Shown piece by piece: positions 24,584 through 33,695 of a stretch of DNA of 64,000 nucleotides. Position numbers and translations under genes: made by a program. Below the pieces are notes generated by a model, which was not told where the DNA came from, searched no databases, and saw nothing but the letters and a program-made list of their open reading frames with translations. Position 1 is the first letter of the stretch. Each line of letters opens with the position of its first letter. The DNA is from Desulfatitalea sp. UBA4791 (GTDB lineage Bacteria; Desulfobacterota; Desulfobacteria; Desulfobacterales; Desulfosarcinaceae), in contig DHGT01000124.1 in the NCBI GenBank assembly GCA_002402905.1, forward strand, positions 47,462 to 111,461, read 5' to 3'.

Positions 24584-25984
24584 ATGGACACGATTCTCAT
24601 CGTCGATGATGAAAAAAACTATCCGCTGGTACTCAGCGCGGTATTGCAGGAGGAGGGTTTTGAAACGCTGACGGCCAATAGCGGCCACGAGGCCCTGGCG
24701 GTTCTGGAACACTCCGATGTGGACCTCGTCCTTACCGACATGAAAATGCCCAAGATGGACGGCATCGAGCTGCTCCAGAAGATTAAAACCATCGATGCGG
24801 AGCTGCCGGTCATCATGATGACCGCTTACGGAACCGTCGAAAAAGCGGTGGAAGCCATGCAGAAAGGGGCCTACAGCTACATCCTCAAGCCTTTTGACAA
24901 CGAACAGCTGATTCTCTATGTCAACAAAGCCATTGCCATGTATCGGGTGGTCAAGGAAAATCGGCAGTTGCGCAGCGCCGTGGAGAACCTTTACAGCTTC
25001 GGCAACCTGATCGGCAAGAGCAAGGCCATGCAGGATATCTTCGAAACCATTCGCAAGGTGGCGCCGGCCACGGCCACGGTACTCATCGAAGGGCCAAGCG
25101 GCACCGGCAAGGAGTTGGTGGCCAAATCGATCCACTTCAACAGCCCGCGCCGCAATCAGCCCTTTGTGGCGGTCAACTGCTCGGCGCTGGCCGAGAGTCT
25201 GCTGGAAAGCGAGCTCTTCGGCCATGAAAAGGGGGCCTTCACCGGCGCGGTCTCCATGAAAAAGGGACGTTTCGAGCTGGCCGACCAGGGCACCCTGTTC
25301 TTGGATGAAATCGGGGAACTTTCTTCTTCGCTGCAGGTCAAGTTACTGCGCGTGCTACAGGAGAAGGTCTTTGAGAGGGTGGGCGGCATTCGTCCCATTT
25401 CGGTCAATATCCGGCTCATTGCCGCGACCAACAAATCCCTGAGAGACGAAATCGCCAAGGGACGTTTCCGGGAGGACCTTTTTTACCGCCTCAATGTCGT
25501 CCATATCGTCCTGCCGCCCCTGCGCGACCGGCTGGAGGACATCCGCCCGCTGACGGCCCATTTTATAGCCAAATATGCGGAAGAACGACCAGATGAAAAA
25601 CCGGTCACACGGCTGGAAAAGGAGGTCGAACGCCTCTTTTACCAATATGGCTGGCCGGGCAATGTGCGGGAACTCGAAAATGTCATCGAGCGCGCCATGG
25701 TCATGTGCGCCGGGGAGACGATCACCGTCGATGACTTGCCCCTGGACTTCAGGAATAATGTAACCCAGAACAACAAACTCAATCTTGAGGGCCTCTCCCC
25801 CAAAGCCACCCTTTACGAAACGCTGGCCCATGTGGAAAAGCAGATGATCCTGCAGGCGCTTCAACAGGCCGGATATGTCCAGTCCCATGCGGCGTCTCTT
25901 CTGGGCATCGGCAAAAGCGGTCTGAATCAGAAGCTGAAGAAATACGGGATCGATGTGGCGGAGTTCATCCAGCCCGAAGAGTGA
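24584..25984 (+). CDS. Sigma54-dependent response regulator (NtrC/AtoC/PilR family)
   Basis: REC domain, GPSGTGKE, GAFTGA, WPGNVRELEN, C-terminal HTH. Confidence 0.95.
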   Translation: MDTILIVDDEKNYPLVLSAVLQEEGFETLTANSGHEALAVLEHSDVDLVLTDMKMPKMDGIELLQKIKTIDAELPVIMMTAYGTVEKAVEAMQKGAYSYILKPFDNEQLILYVNKAIAMYRVVKENRQLRSAVENLYSFGNLIGKSKAMQDIFETIRKVAPATATVLIEGPSGTGKELVAKSIHFNSPRRNQPFVAVNCSALAESLLESELFGHEKGAFTGAVSMKKGRFELADQGTLFLDEIGELSSSLQVKLLRVLQEKVFERVGGIRPISVNIRLIAATNKSLRDEIAKGRFREDLFYRLNVVHIVLPPLRDRLEDIRPLTAHFIAKYAEERPDEKPVTRLEKEVERLFYQYGWPGNVRELENVIERAMVMCAGETITVDDLPLDFRNNVTQNNKLNLEGLSPKATLYETLAHVEKQMILQALQQAGYVQSHAASLLGIGKSGLNQKLKKYGIDVAEFIQPEE

Positions 25985-26029
25985 TGGCCATGCAAAAAGT
26001 CATCGCCGGACGACGCCGTAAAAAACGGC

Positions 26030-26737
26030 TTATCCCGCAATTTTTTCAGTTGCTGCGGCGGTTTCACGGGCGATATCGACATAAATGGAATTCGGAAAAT
26101 CGGCCGCCAGCCGTTCGAAGGTTTGCCTGCTTTTCGCCCCGTCCCCGCTGGTCCGATACAACTGTCCCAACTGGAAGAGGGCGTTGTCTTTGAGTACGGT
26201 GCTGCCGCTGGCCAGGACCTTTTCAAAGGCCTCGATCGCAGCGGACGCGTCTCCCTTTTGCAGGTAAGCCATGGCCAACCCGTTAAGGATCGTGTTGCCC
26301 AGACTCGAATGTCCCTCGAGCCGATCGAGAGCCTCGCTGTAAAGCGCGATGGCTTGATCCGGCATGTTTGCAGACAAACTGATGTGGGCCAAAAAAACAC
26401 CTGCCAGGCGACCGGCGTCATAACGGCCGTAACCATCCACCAGCCGCTGCAATTCAGGCTCGGCCGCGGCAAGGGCCTCGGCCGGTGAATTGCCCGCCTT
26501 GACGGCCTCCGCATAGGCGGTCATGCCCCGGCTCAGCAGGGCCGCAGCGGCTCGCTCTCGGTTTTCGGAATACAATCGATATCCGGCCACGAGGATGAGA
26601 AAAACGAAAAAGGCGCCGATGCCGTAAGCCAGGGGCTTGGCATTGGCCCTGGCCCACTGCACGACCTTGCCGGTCAGCGTCAAAAATTCATCGGGTTTTT
26701 TGACAAGTTCCTTGCGCGTGATCTTTTTCCCGGCCAT
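26030..26737 (-). CDS. Membrane-anchored TPR protein (YfgM-like)
   Basis: RKELVKKPDEF, one TM segment, TPRs; TAATG coupling to the upstream kinase. Confidence 0.8.
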   Translation of the reverse strand: MAGKKITRKELVKKPDEFLTLTGKVVQWARANAKPLAYGIGAFFVFLILVAGYRLYSENRERAAAALLSRGMTAYAEAVKAGNSPAEALAAAEPELQRLVDGYGRYDAGRLAGVFLAHISLSANMPDQAIALYSEALDRLEGHSSLGNTILNGLAMAYLQKGDASAAIEAFEKVLASGSTVLKDNALFQLGQLYRTSGDGAKSRQTFERLAADFPNSIYVDIARETAAATEKIAG

Positions 26738-27741
26738 TAGCCCTCCATCTGTTTTCGGATCGCCGTCCAGCGCGTTTCCGGAATATTTGCCCCTACGACC
26801 TGGCACACCTCATAGCCACAAAGCGATGCCAACCGTCCACAGCGATCGAGCGGCATCCGGTTCACCAGACCGTACAGAAAACCGGATGCCCACAAATCAC
26901 CGGCACCCGTCGTATCCTGGGCTTCGCCGTTTCCCAAAGCGCTGACAGCCAGAACATCGCCGTTCGTGCCGATCAGGCTCCCCCGGGCGCCGAGTTTCAA
27001 TACGGCCAGCGGTACTTGGGACGCCAGGATGGATATCGCCTTCGATTCGTCCCGGGTTCCGGTGTAGGCATGGGACTCATCCTCATTGGCCAGTAAGATG
27101 TCCACATACTCCGCGATCAACTCAGGCAGAATATCCCTGGCCTCTTCGACCACGTTGAAGCTGGCCAGATCGAGAGAAATCAGCGCTCCGGCATCGCGGG
27201 CCGCTTTCAACGCGGCCCGGATCAAGTCCCGATTGAAGAGCAGATAGCCTTCGATATGCACGATGGCCGCCTCCTCGAAACAGGCCGGGGTCATCTCCTC
27301 GGGCCGCGCTTCGGCGGAAGCCCCCAGATAGGTAAACATGGACCTTTGAGCATCCGGTGAGACGATGGAAAGCACCCGGCCGGTGGGGGAATCGGAATTC
27401 AACAAAAAAGAGTGGACGCCTTGTCTGGTCAAATCGTCACGGAACAACCGGCCCATGGGGCCGTTGCCGCACTTTCCCACGAATTGAGCGTGCCCGCCCA
27501 GGCGGCCGATACCCACCACCGTATTGCACGCCGATCCGCCGGGAACGATTTGCGGCGGGTTGGTCGCCTGTTGGACGGTCCGATCGATAAACTCCCTGTC
27601 CACATAGGTCATGCCCCCCTTGATGGCGCCCACCCGCTGTAGAAACGTATCATCCTCGCGGGCCAAAATGTCCACCAGGGCCGAACCGACACCGGTCACC
27701 TTCCGTCTTTGCGGATTCAAGCGGTCGTAAATCTGGGTCAT
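26737..27741 (-). CDS. PfkB-family carbohydrate/adenosine kinase
   Basis: GSALVD, PGGSACNT, ANEDE, DTTGAGD. Confidence 0.9.
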   Translation of the reverse strand: MTQIYDRLNPQRRKVTGVGSALVDILAREDDTFLQRVGAIKGGMTYVDREFIDRTVQQATNPPQIVPGGSACNTVVGIGRLGGHAQFVGKCGNGPMGRLFRDDLTRQGVHSFLLNSDSPTGRVLSIVSPDAQRSMFTYLGASAEARPEEMTPACFEEAAIVHIEGYLLFNRDLIRAALKAARDAGALISLDLASFNVVEEARDILPELIAEYVDILLANEDESHAYTGTRDESKAISILASQVPLAVLKLGARGSLIGTNGDVLAVSALGNGEAQDTTGAGDLWASGFLYGLVNRMPLDRCGRLASLCGYEVCQVVGANIPETRWTAIRKQMEG

Positions 27742-27743
27742 GT

Positions 27744-28190
27744 TCACCATACCAGCGTCTCCAGTACCCATCCTTTGTCTCCATCCGCGTGTTGGATTTC
27801 GAACCAGCGGTCCTGCTTTTGCAACACTTTGAAGGGGATTCCGCGATCCACGGTAAAGGCGATATCATGGTCTGTCCCCGGACCCGAACGCACATTGCAA
27901 CGGGATACGCGAACGATCACCGTGGGTGTCTGATCGAGCAGGGCGGCATGGATCCACCCCTGGTCCCCTTCGAAGTCCTTGAATCGGTACCATTCGCCTT
28001 TTTTTTCAACAATCAATACCGGATGATATTTTTCGATCTGCCATAAGGTGTCATGGTTAGTCCCTGGACCGGATCGGATGTTGACGATATCTTCCTTGGC
28101 GGCCATGCGCTCGGCCGCTGCAGCCTGCCCTGCCGCCAGGGCGATCCACACGCCGATCAACATGACTTTTGTGATGTGCGCTAATCTCAT
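27744..28190 (-). CDS. Exported protein with two bacterial SH3 domains
   Basis: Signal peptide; NIRSGPGT...GWI and NVRSGPGT...GWV. Confidence 0.9.
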   Translation of the reverse strand: MRLAHITKVMLIGVWIALAAGQAAAAERMAAKEDIVNIRSGPGTNHDTLWQIEKYHPVLIVEKKGEWYRFKDFEGDQGWIHAALLDQTPTVIVRVSRCNVRSGPGTDHDIAFTVDRGIPFKVLQKQDRWFEIQHADGDKGWVLETLVW

Positions 28191-28225
28191 TTTAAATCCT
28201 GTCGTTATACCCCATCACGTATTGC

Positions 28226-28945
28226 TCAGGACTGGACCTTCAAGCTGCCTGGCCTCTCTTCACAGGTCAAGGCGGACACCATGATTTTGCTCGCCAACCC
28301 CTGCCCAAGGACCAGTCGATTGAAGTCTGAGGCAATCACGACTTGCCCTCGGTTGATGTTGGTGATCACCTCGATCTCGTCTCCGATACGCAACCCCATG
28401 GTCAACAACCGCATTTTCAAACGACCGCCGCCTCTGAAGGCCACCACCTTCAACCGCTCACCGGGTCGGGCGGCGTCGAGGGAAAGAAGATCCTCCCGGT
28501 GCGCCAGGCATTCCCGACAGATCCCGTATAGCTCCATTTTGTGCTGCAACATATGGAAGCCATAGGTCGAGGCGATCTGCTCCTGCAGCTTTTCGATGGC
28601 ATCGTTTTCGAACTCGATGATTTTTCGGCACTTGGTGCAAACCAGGTGATCGTGGTGCTGCCCGAGATGACGGTGCTCGTATCGCACCTGCCCGTTGTCG
28701 AACCGGCTGGCCTGGGCAAAGCCGTAGTGGCACATCATTTCGATGGTTTCCTGAACAAACGCCTCTTCCAGGTGATGGCCCGCCGCATGCACGGCCTGCG
28801 TCAACTCCTGGGCCGTAACATGCTTCTCGATGTTTAAAAAAACTTCCAAAACAGCCAAACGATCCTCGAAGCGATCGATACGATCGCCCTTGAACAGCTT
28901 GATGAATTGTTCCTTTTCCCGTTTATGGATGGCCAGTGACGTCAT
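28226..28945 (-). CDS. Fur-family regulator fused to a C-terminal FeoA domain
   Basis: HHDHLVCTKC, YGICREC; then RLLTMGLRIGDEIEV...RLVLGQGLASKIMV. Confidence 0.88.
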   Translation of the reverse strand: MTSLAIHKREKEQFIKLFKGDRIDRFEDRLAVLEVFLNIEKHVTAQELTQAVHAAGHHLEEAFVQETIEMMCHYGFAQASRFDNGQVRYEHRHLGQHHDHLVCTKCRKIIEFENDAIEKLQEQIASTYGFHMLQHKMELYGICRECLAHREDLLSLDAARPGERLKVVAFRGGGRLKMRLLTMGLRIGDEIEVITNINRGQVVIASDFNRLVLGQGLASKIMVSALTCEERPGSLKVQS

Positions 28946-28999
28946 TACCGAACGACCTCTTCAGGGTAGCATGTGAGATCCGCATCGCTCCAAACTGAA

Positions 29000-29251
29000 C
29001 TATTTGCTGTGTCCAGGCAAGTTCCAAGTGGTACACGATCCGCTGGAACAGGTACGCGAAGTGGTGGACGGGCCGGAATTGGCGCCGCTCCCCGCTGCAC
29101 CCATGCTGAAATTGGTCGCGCTGATGACACGCTCCAGTTCCACCGAGCCACACTTCTTACAACGCATGGGCACCTTTTCCTCTCCCGTCCCCATGACCAG
29201 CACTTCCATGAACGTTTCACACTTCAGGCACTTGAATTCGTATATCGGCAT
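29000..29251 (-). CDS. FmdB-family zinc-ribbon protein
   Basis: MPIYEFKCLKC...CKKCGS..LERVIS; AAGGAG RBS. Confidence 0.88.
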   Translation of the reverse strand: MPIYEFKCLKCETFMEVLVMGTGEEKVPMRCKKCGSVELERVISATNFSMGAAGSGANSGPSTTSRTCSSGSCTTWNLPGHSK

Positions 29252-29374
29252 TTCTGCTCCTTTTATCATCGGGATAATTAGAACTTTTCTTTCTATTATC
29301 AATAACCGGGGCTTGTCAAGCCGTGGTCGATGGCATTTCCAAATGCGCGATACGGCGCTGACGTATTCCGTCCT

Positions 29375-31573
29375 TCAACCAACCGGCAAGCGAACCGTCA
29401 CCTCGGTGCCGCGGGGGTCGGCAGCCGCCAATGCGATGGTGCCCCCATGGCGTCGAACGATCTGGTGACAGATGTACAGCCCCAACCCGGTGCCCCGACC
29501 AACGGGTTTGGTGGTAAAAAATGGCTTAAACACATCCTGGCGGATAGCGGCCTCGATGCCCGATCCGTTGTCCCGGCACTGGAAGACCACATGCCCGCCG
29601 GCCGCATCGTGCCAGGTGTGCAAGCAGACTTGGCCGCCACGACCCGCCAACGCCTGGATCGCATTTTGAATGATGTTCAGGGCCACTTGTCCCAGATGGG
29701 CAAAATTGCCTTGCAGCTTGGGCAGTTGCGGGTCGAGATCGGTTTCGATGTGCAGCTGCCGGTGCTTGTATTGATTGTGCAATACTCGCAGGGCATCCTG
29801 GACCACCGACGTCATGTCCACCGCTTCCTCGTAGGTCTGCGTCTGGCGTGACAGGCCCAGGAGGCTGGCGACGATGGATTTGGCGCGAGCCAGTTCCTTG
29901 TCGGCGAAATGCAGATCGTCCAGCAGTTCGGGGTCGAGCGGTCGGTTCCGATCCCACTGGGACAACTCCTCGGCAATCGATTGGAGCAGGCTGGTCACAC
30001 TGGTGAGTGGATTGTTCAGCTCGTGGGCCACGCCGGCCACGAGTTGACCCAGAGCGGCCAGGCTTTCGGAGCGGATCAGTTGTTCCTGGGAACGCTCTTT
30101 TTCCGCAAGGGCGGTTTCCAGAGCTTCGGTGCGCGCGGCCACCTGCGCTTCCAATGTCTGATTCAGCTCGCGAAGCGCCTGGTAGGCCTGGGCATTTTGA
30201 ATGGCAAGAGCGCTTTGATGGCACAAGGGCAACAGCAGGTCCAGGTCCTCGGCGGAAATTATCCGGCCGCTGCGCTTTTCGCCCAGCACCAGAAAACCTT
30301 TCAAACGCTCCCTGAAACACATAGGGAAAACGGCCTCTCCACGTAGCCAACGCATCTGCGACAGCACCCCGACGGTTTTGCCTGCACGGGCCGCTCCCAG
30401 CAGTTTTTGCTTTAAAATGGGAAGGGACCGGCCTTGCAGGGCCGACACGAGACAGGATTCTTCGGCCAGAAACGCATCCTGCCACTGGTCTGTGCCGTCT
30501 CCTGCCGCGGCAATCGCACGATAGCCATTGACGGCTGGATCGGCGAGAAAGAGCGTGCAATGCGTCACCTGCATGGCGTCGATGATGGTTCCCTGCAACA
30601 GTTGGGTGATCTTTTGCCGGTCGAGAATAGATGCAATGGTCTGGCTGATGTGGTTCAAGGTCATGCGATGATCGAACGAACCCTTGAGCCGCATGCGATC
30701 CATGCCTTGTTGGAGCCATCCGGCCAGAGGTCCGGAGGCCATGGCCGCGGGAATCAAAAACAGAAGGGCCATAAGATGGGCCGCGCTGAATCGAATTTCC
30801 ATGGCAGGCAAAGGCAAGACATAAGCCATCAGAAGATAAACGGCCGCCAACACCATCGTCATGGTCAGGTATACGAAACCTTTGCGCAGGAACACACCGG
30901 AATCGAGCAGATCGTAGCGGAAAAAGCCAGCCGCAAATATGATCAATGGAATAAACCCAAAAGCGCCGGGTGGGTAGACCGGCACACCGAAGAGGGTCAG
31001 GCAGTTCAGCGTGGTCAGTATCCCCAGCAGGCCGAAGCCGATGAATAGATAGTGAAGTTTGTTTTTGTAGATACTGCGCGATTCGCGACGAATGGCCCGA
31101 TATATTATGACGACGTTGTAACCGGTGGCAAGAACGGCGCCGATTCCCATCAGGATGAACAAGGGCCCGCCCTGGCCGAAGTAACCGAAAGCGAAAAAAC
31201 GGGTATCCGCGATGATCCATCCTCCCCACGGCGCGCAGGCCGCCACCAGGGCGGCGTAGCCGTAGGCGAATGGGACCACATGACGCCGGCGATCCATCCC
31301 AAGATACAGGTGGAAGAAGTGGATGAACAATGGAAGTAAAAAAGGGTGAAACAGGTGGCCGATGCGGCTGGCCATCAACGCCACCCGTGCAGACGGTGCA
31401 TTGAAATTGATCAACATGTCGATGTAGAGCAAGCTTCCAAAAAAACAGAGCGCGGCAAACAGGCGGTGGGACTTTCCTTTGTGCCGGCCAAGAACGATGT
31501 GTGCTGCCATTGCGCCCAGCAGCACCGCGGTGAAGAGCGGCGGCAGGCTGTACAACAATCGGTCGAAAAACAT
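29375..31573 (-). CDS. Multi-TM sensor histidine kinase with GAF domain
   Basis: N-terminal 7TM-like region, GAF (LVLGEKRSG), HELNNPL, PFFTTKPVGRGTGLGL. Confidence 0.9.
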   Translation of the reverse strand: MFFDRLLYSLPPLFTAVLLGAMAAHIVLGRHKGKSHRLFAALCFFGSLLYIDMLINFNAPSARVALMASRIGHLFHPFLLPLFIHFFHLYLGMDRRRHVVPFAYGYAALVAACAPWGGWIIADTRFFAFGYFGQGGPLFILMGIGAVLATGYNVVIIYRAIRRESRSIYKNKLHYLFIGFGLLGILTTLNCLTLFGVPVYPPGAFGFIPLIIFAAGFFRYDLLDSGVFLRKGFVYLTMTMVLAAVYLLMAYVLPLPAMEIRFSAAHLMALLFLIPAAMASGPLAGWLQQGMDRMRLKGSFDHRMTLNHISQTIASILDRQKITQLLQGTIIDAMQVTHCTLFLADPAVNGYRAIAAAGDGTDQWQDAFLAEESCLVSALQGRSLPILKQKLLGAARAGKTVGVLSQMRWLRGEAVFPMCFRERLKGFLVLGEKRSGRIISAEDLDLLLPLCHQSALAIQNAQAYQALRELNQTLEAQVAARTEALETALAEKERSQEQLIRSESLAALGQLVAGVAHELNNPLTSVTSLLQSIAEELSQWDRNRPLDPELLDDLHFADKELARAKSIVASLLGLSRQTQTYEEAVDMTSVVQDALRVLHNQYKHRQLHIETDLDPQLPKLQGNFAHLGQVALNIIQNAIQALAGRGGQVCLHTWHDAAGGHVVFQCRDNGSGIEAAIRQDVFKPFFTTKPVGRGTGLGLYICHQIVRRHGGTIALAAADPRGTEVTVRLPVG

Positions 31574-31752
31574 GGCAACCCCTTTGGTGAAAAGATTGCA
31601 GATGAGACCGGCGGCTCATCACGATGACAAGGCGCAAGTCGTTCATCCGGATCGACAACGGCGGCCCTGCGCGACCGCCAGGGCAGATCCGGGATTTACA
31701 ATTTCGGTTCGTTCACAATAGACGGCGAATGCCGTGTTCGGAAGGGCATGGT

Positions 31753-33456
31753 TTATCGGCCCGTGGAGAGCATCTCACGGGCGTGGGCCAGGGTGGTGGC
31801 CGTGATCTTTTCGCCGCCCAGCATGCGGGCCAGTTCTTCGACCCGCGCTTCGGGCGCCAGCGGCATGATGGTTGTCCGGGTTCGGCCCCGGGAAACGCTT
31901 TTCACGATATTAAAATGATGATCGCCATACCTTGCGATTTGCGGCAGATGGGTGATGCACAGAATCTGATGGTGACGGGCCAGATGGGCCAGCTTTTTTC
32001 CCACCACATCGGCGACGCCGCCGCCGATGCCGGCATCGACTTCGTCGAACACCACGGTTTCCAAGGCATCGCTATGGGCCAGAATGGCTTTCAGGGCCAG
32101 CATCACCCGGGACAACTCCCCGCCCGAAGCGATGCTGGCCAACGGTTTGATCGCCTCTCCGACATTGGGAGCCATCGTGAAGACCACCCGGTCCGAACCG
32201 CTTTCTGTCAGCGCAAGGCCCTTGTTGGCCAGGAACGGACCGGTCTCCCTGAGCTGGTCCACCGGCTGTATGTCCACTACGAACCGGGTGCCGGCCATCT
32301 TCAGATCGGCCAGCTCCCGCTCCACCTTTTGAGACAACAGCTCAGCCGCCTTGCGGCGTTTGTCGGACAATGTTTCAGCCAGACCGCAAAGCGCCTGGTG
32401 GTTGCGCTGCAGTTCGGCTCTGATTTCGGATAGCCGCTCGTCCAGGGTGTCGATCTCTTTTAATTGGCAGGCGATATCTTCGGCGTGGGCGTGAACCGCT
32501 TCCAGGGACCCGCCGTATTTGCGTTTGAGCTTGTTCACCGTATCCAGGCGCGCCTCGACAGTCTCCAGCCGGCCGGGATCCAGGTCGATGTGCCGCAGAT
32601 AGTCCCGCAGGCGACCGGCCAGATCTTCCACCCGGTAGGTCACCTCTTCCAGTTCGCCGGAACGGTCCTGCAATTGGTCGTCGATGCGCCCCACTCGCGA
32701 AAGTGCCTTGGCCAGCTGGCCGAGGATTTCAAACACGGCACCGTCGCCGCTGTAAAGCGCTTCGATGCACTGCTGCACGGTTTGAAACAGCTCCTCTCCG
32801 TTCTTGAGGCGCAGGCGCTCTTTTTCAAGGGTTGCATCCTCATCGACTTGCAGGTCCGCCGCTTCGATCTCCTGCAGCTGAAACCGCAGCAGTTCGGATT
32901 GCTCGTCCTGGCGACGCTGGCGCTCGAGCAGCGCCTGCTCTTCGCGGATCAGGGGCAATATACGGGCGTGGCTCTCCGCGTAACGGCCGCGCAGCGGCAA
33001 CAAATCGCCGAACTGGTCGAGAATGGAAAGATGCTCCTCCTCCCTGAGCAAGCCCTGGTGGGCGTGCTGCCCCGCAATGCTGGCCAGTCGGGCGGTCAGG
33101 TCGCCGAGCAGCTGCATGGTGGCCAGTCGGCCGTTGATATAGATGCGATGACGATCCTGATTGGAGATGATCCGTCGCACCAGCAGCCCATCGCCGGCGT
33201 CATACCCTGCATCGACCATCCGTCGGGCGATCTCGCTGCCGGCAGGAATGTCGAACAGCGCCTCGAGTTCGGCGCTTTCTGCGCCGGTGCGGATCAGGGC
33301 GGCCGATGCCCGGCTGCCCAGCAATAAATTCACGGCATTGATGATGATCGACTTTCCCGCTCCGGTTTCACCGCTGAGGATCGTCAACCCCGGGGAAAAA
33401 CGAATGCTGAGATCCTCGATAATGGCGAAATTGCGAATGGTGAGTTCCTGGAGCAT
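31753..33456 (-). CDS. recN: DNA repair protein RecN
   Basis: GETGAGKS, ASGGELSRVML, FDEVDAGIGG, CITHLPQIA. Confidence 0.97.
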   Translation of the reverse strand: MLQELTIRNFAIIEDLSIRFSPGLTILSGETGAGKSIIINAVNLLLGSRASAALIRTGAESAELEALFDIPAGSEIARRMVDAGYDAGDGLLVRRIISNQDRHRIYINGRLATMQLLGDLTARLASIAGQHAHQGLLREEEHLSILDQFGDLLPLRGRYAESHARILPLIREEQALLERQRRQDEQSELLRFQLQEIEAADLQVDEDATLEKERLRLKNGEELFQTVQQCIEALYSGDGAVFEILGQLAKALSRVGRIDDQLQDRSGELEEVTYRVEDLAGRLRDYLRHIDLDPGRLETVEARLDTVNKLKRKYGGSLEAVHAHAEDIACQLKEIDTLDERLSEIRAELQRNHQALCGLAETLSDKRRKAAELLSQKVERELADLKMAGTRFVVDIQPVDQLRETGPFLANKGLALTESGSDRVVFTMAPNVGEAIKPLASIASGGELSRVMLALKAILAHSDALETVVFDEVDAGIGGGVADVVGKKLAHLARHHQILCITHLPQIARYGDHHFNIVKSVSRGRTRTTIMPLAPEARVEELARMLGGEKITATTLAHAREMLSTGR

Positions 33457-33478
33457 ATGTCGACGCCCTGCCTCCTGC

Positions 33479-33695
33479 CTAGTGCACTATATTACGCTGA
33501 CATAATGGGCCACTTGCTTGCAGTCGTATTCGTACTCGCACTCGAAAGATCCCCCTGCTTGTGTCAACGATTCCAGGATGGATCGAGTACGAGTACCGCT
33601 GCGCTGAAGTACGCGTACGAGTACGCTAAGTATCCATTCCATTGGCTGTATGGGGCGACATATAGGTCAGCTTATTTATGCCTGCGTGTACCTAG
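33479..33695 (-). mobile_element. MITE/REP-like dispersed element, copy A
   Basis: Aligns end to end with the reverse complement of 61509-61730; CTAG at both ends; internal CGAGTA-hexamer inverted repeats. Confidence 0.75.

Noticed and set aside
29526-31658. 710-aa same-strand alternative-frame ORF
   Set aside because: Arg/Gly/Pro-rich with no domain features; overlaps an intact histidine kinase.
33520-33630. CGAGTA/TACTCG iterations as a CRISPR array
   Set aside because: Hexamer-scale palindromic repeats without unique 30-40 bp spacers; no cas genes.
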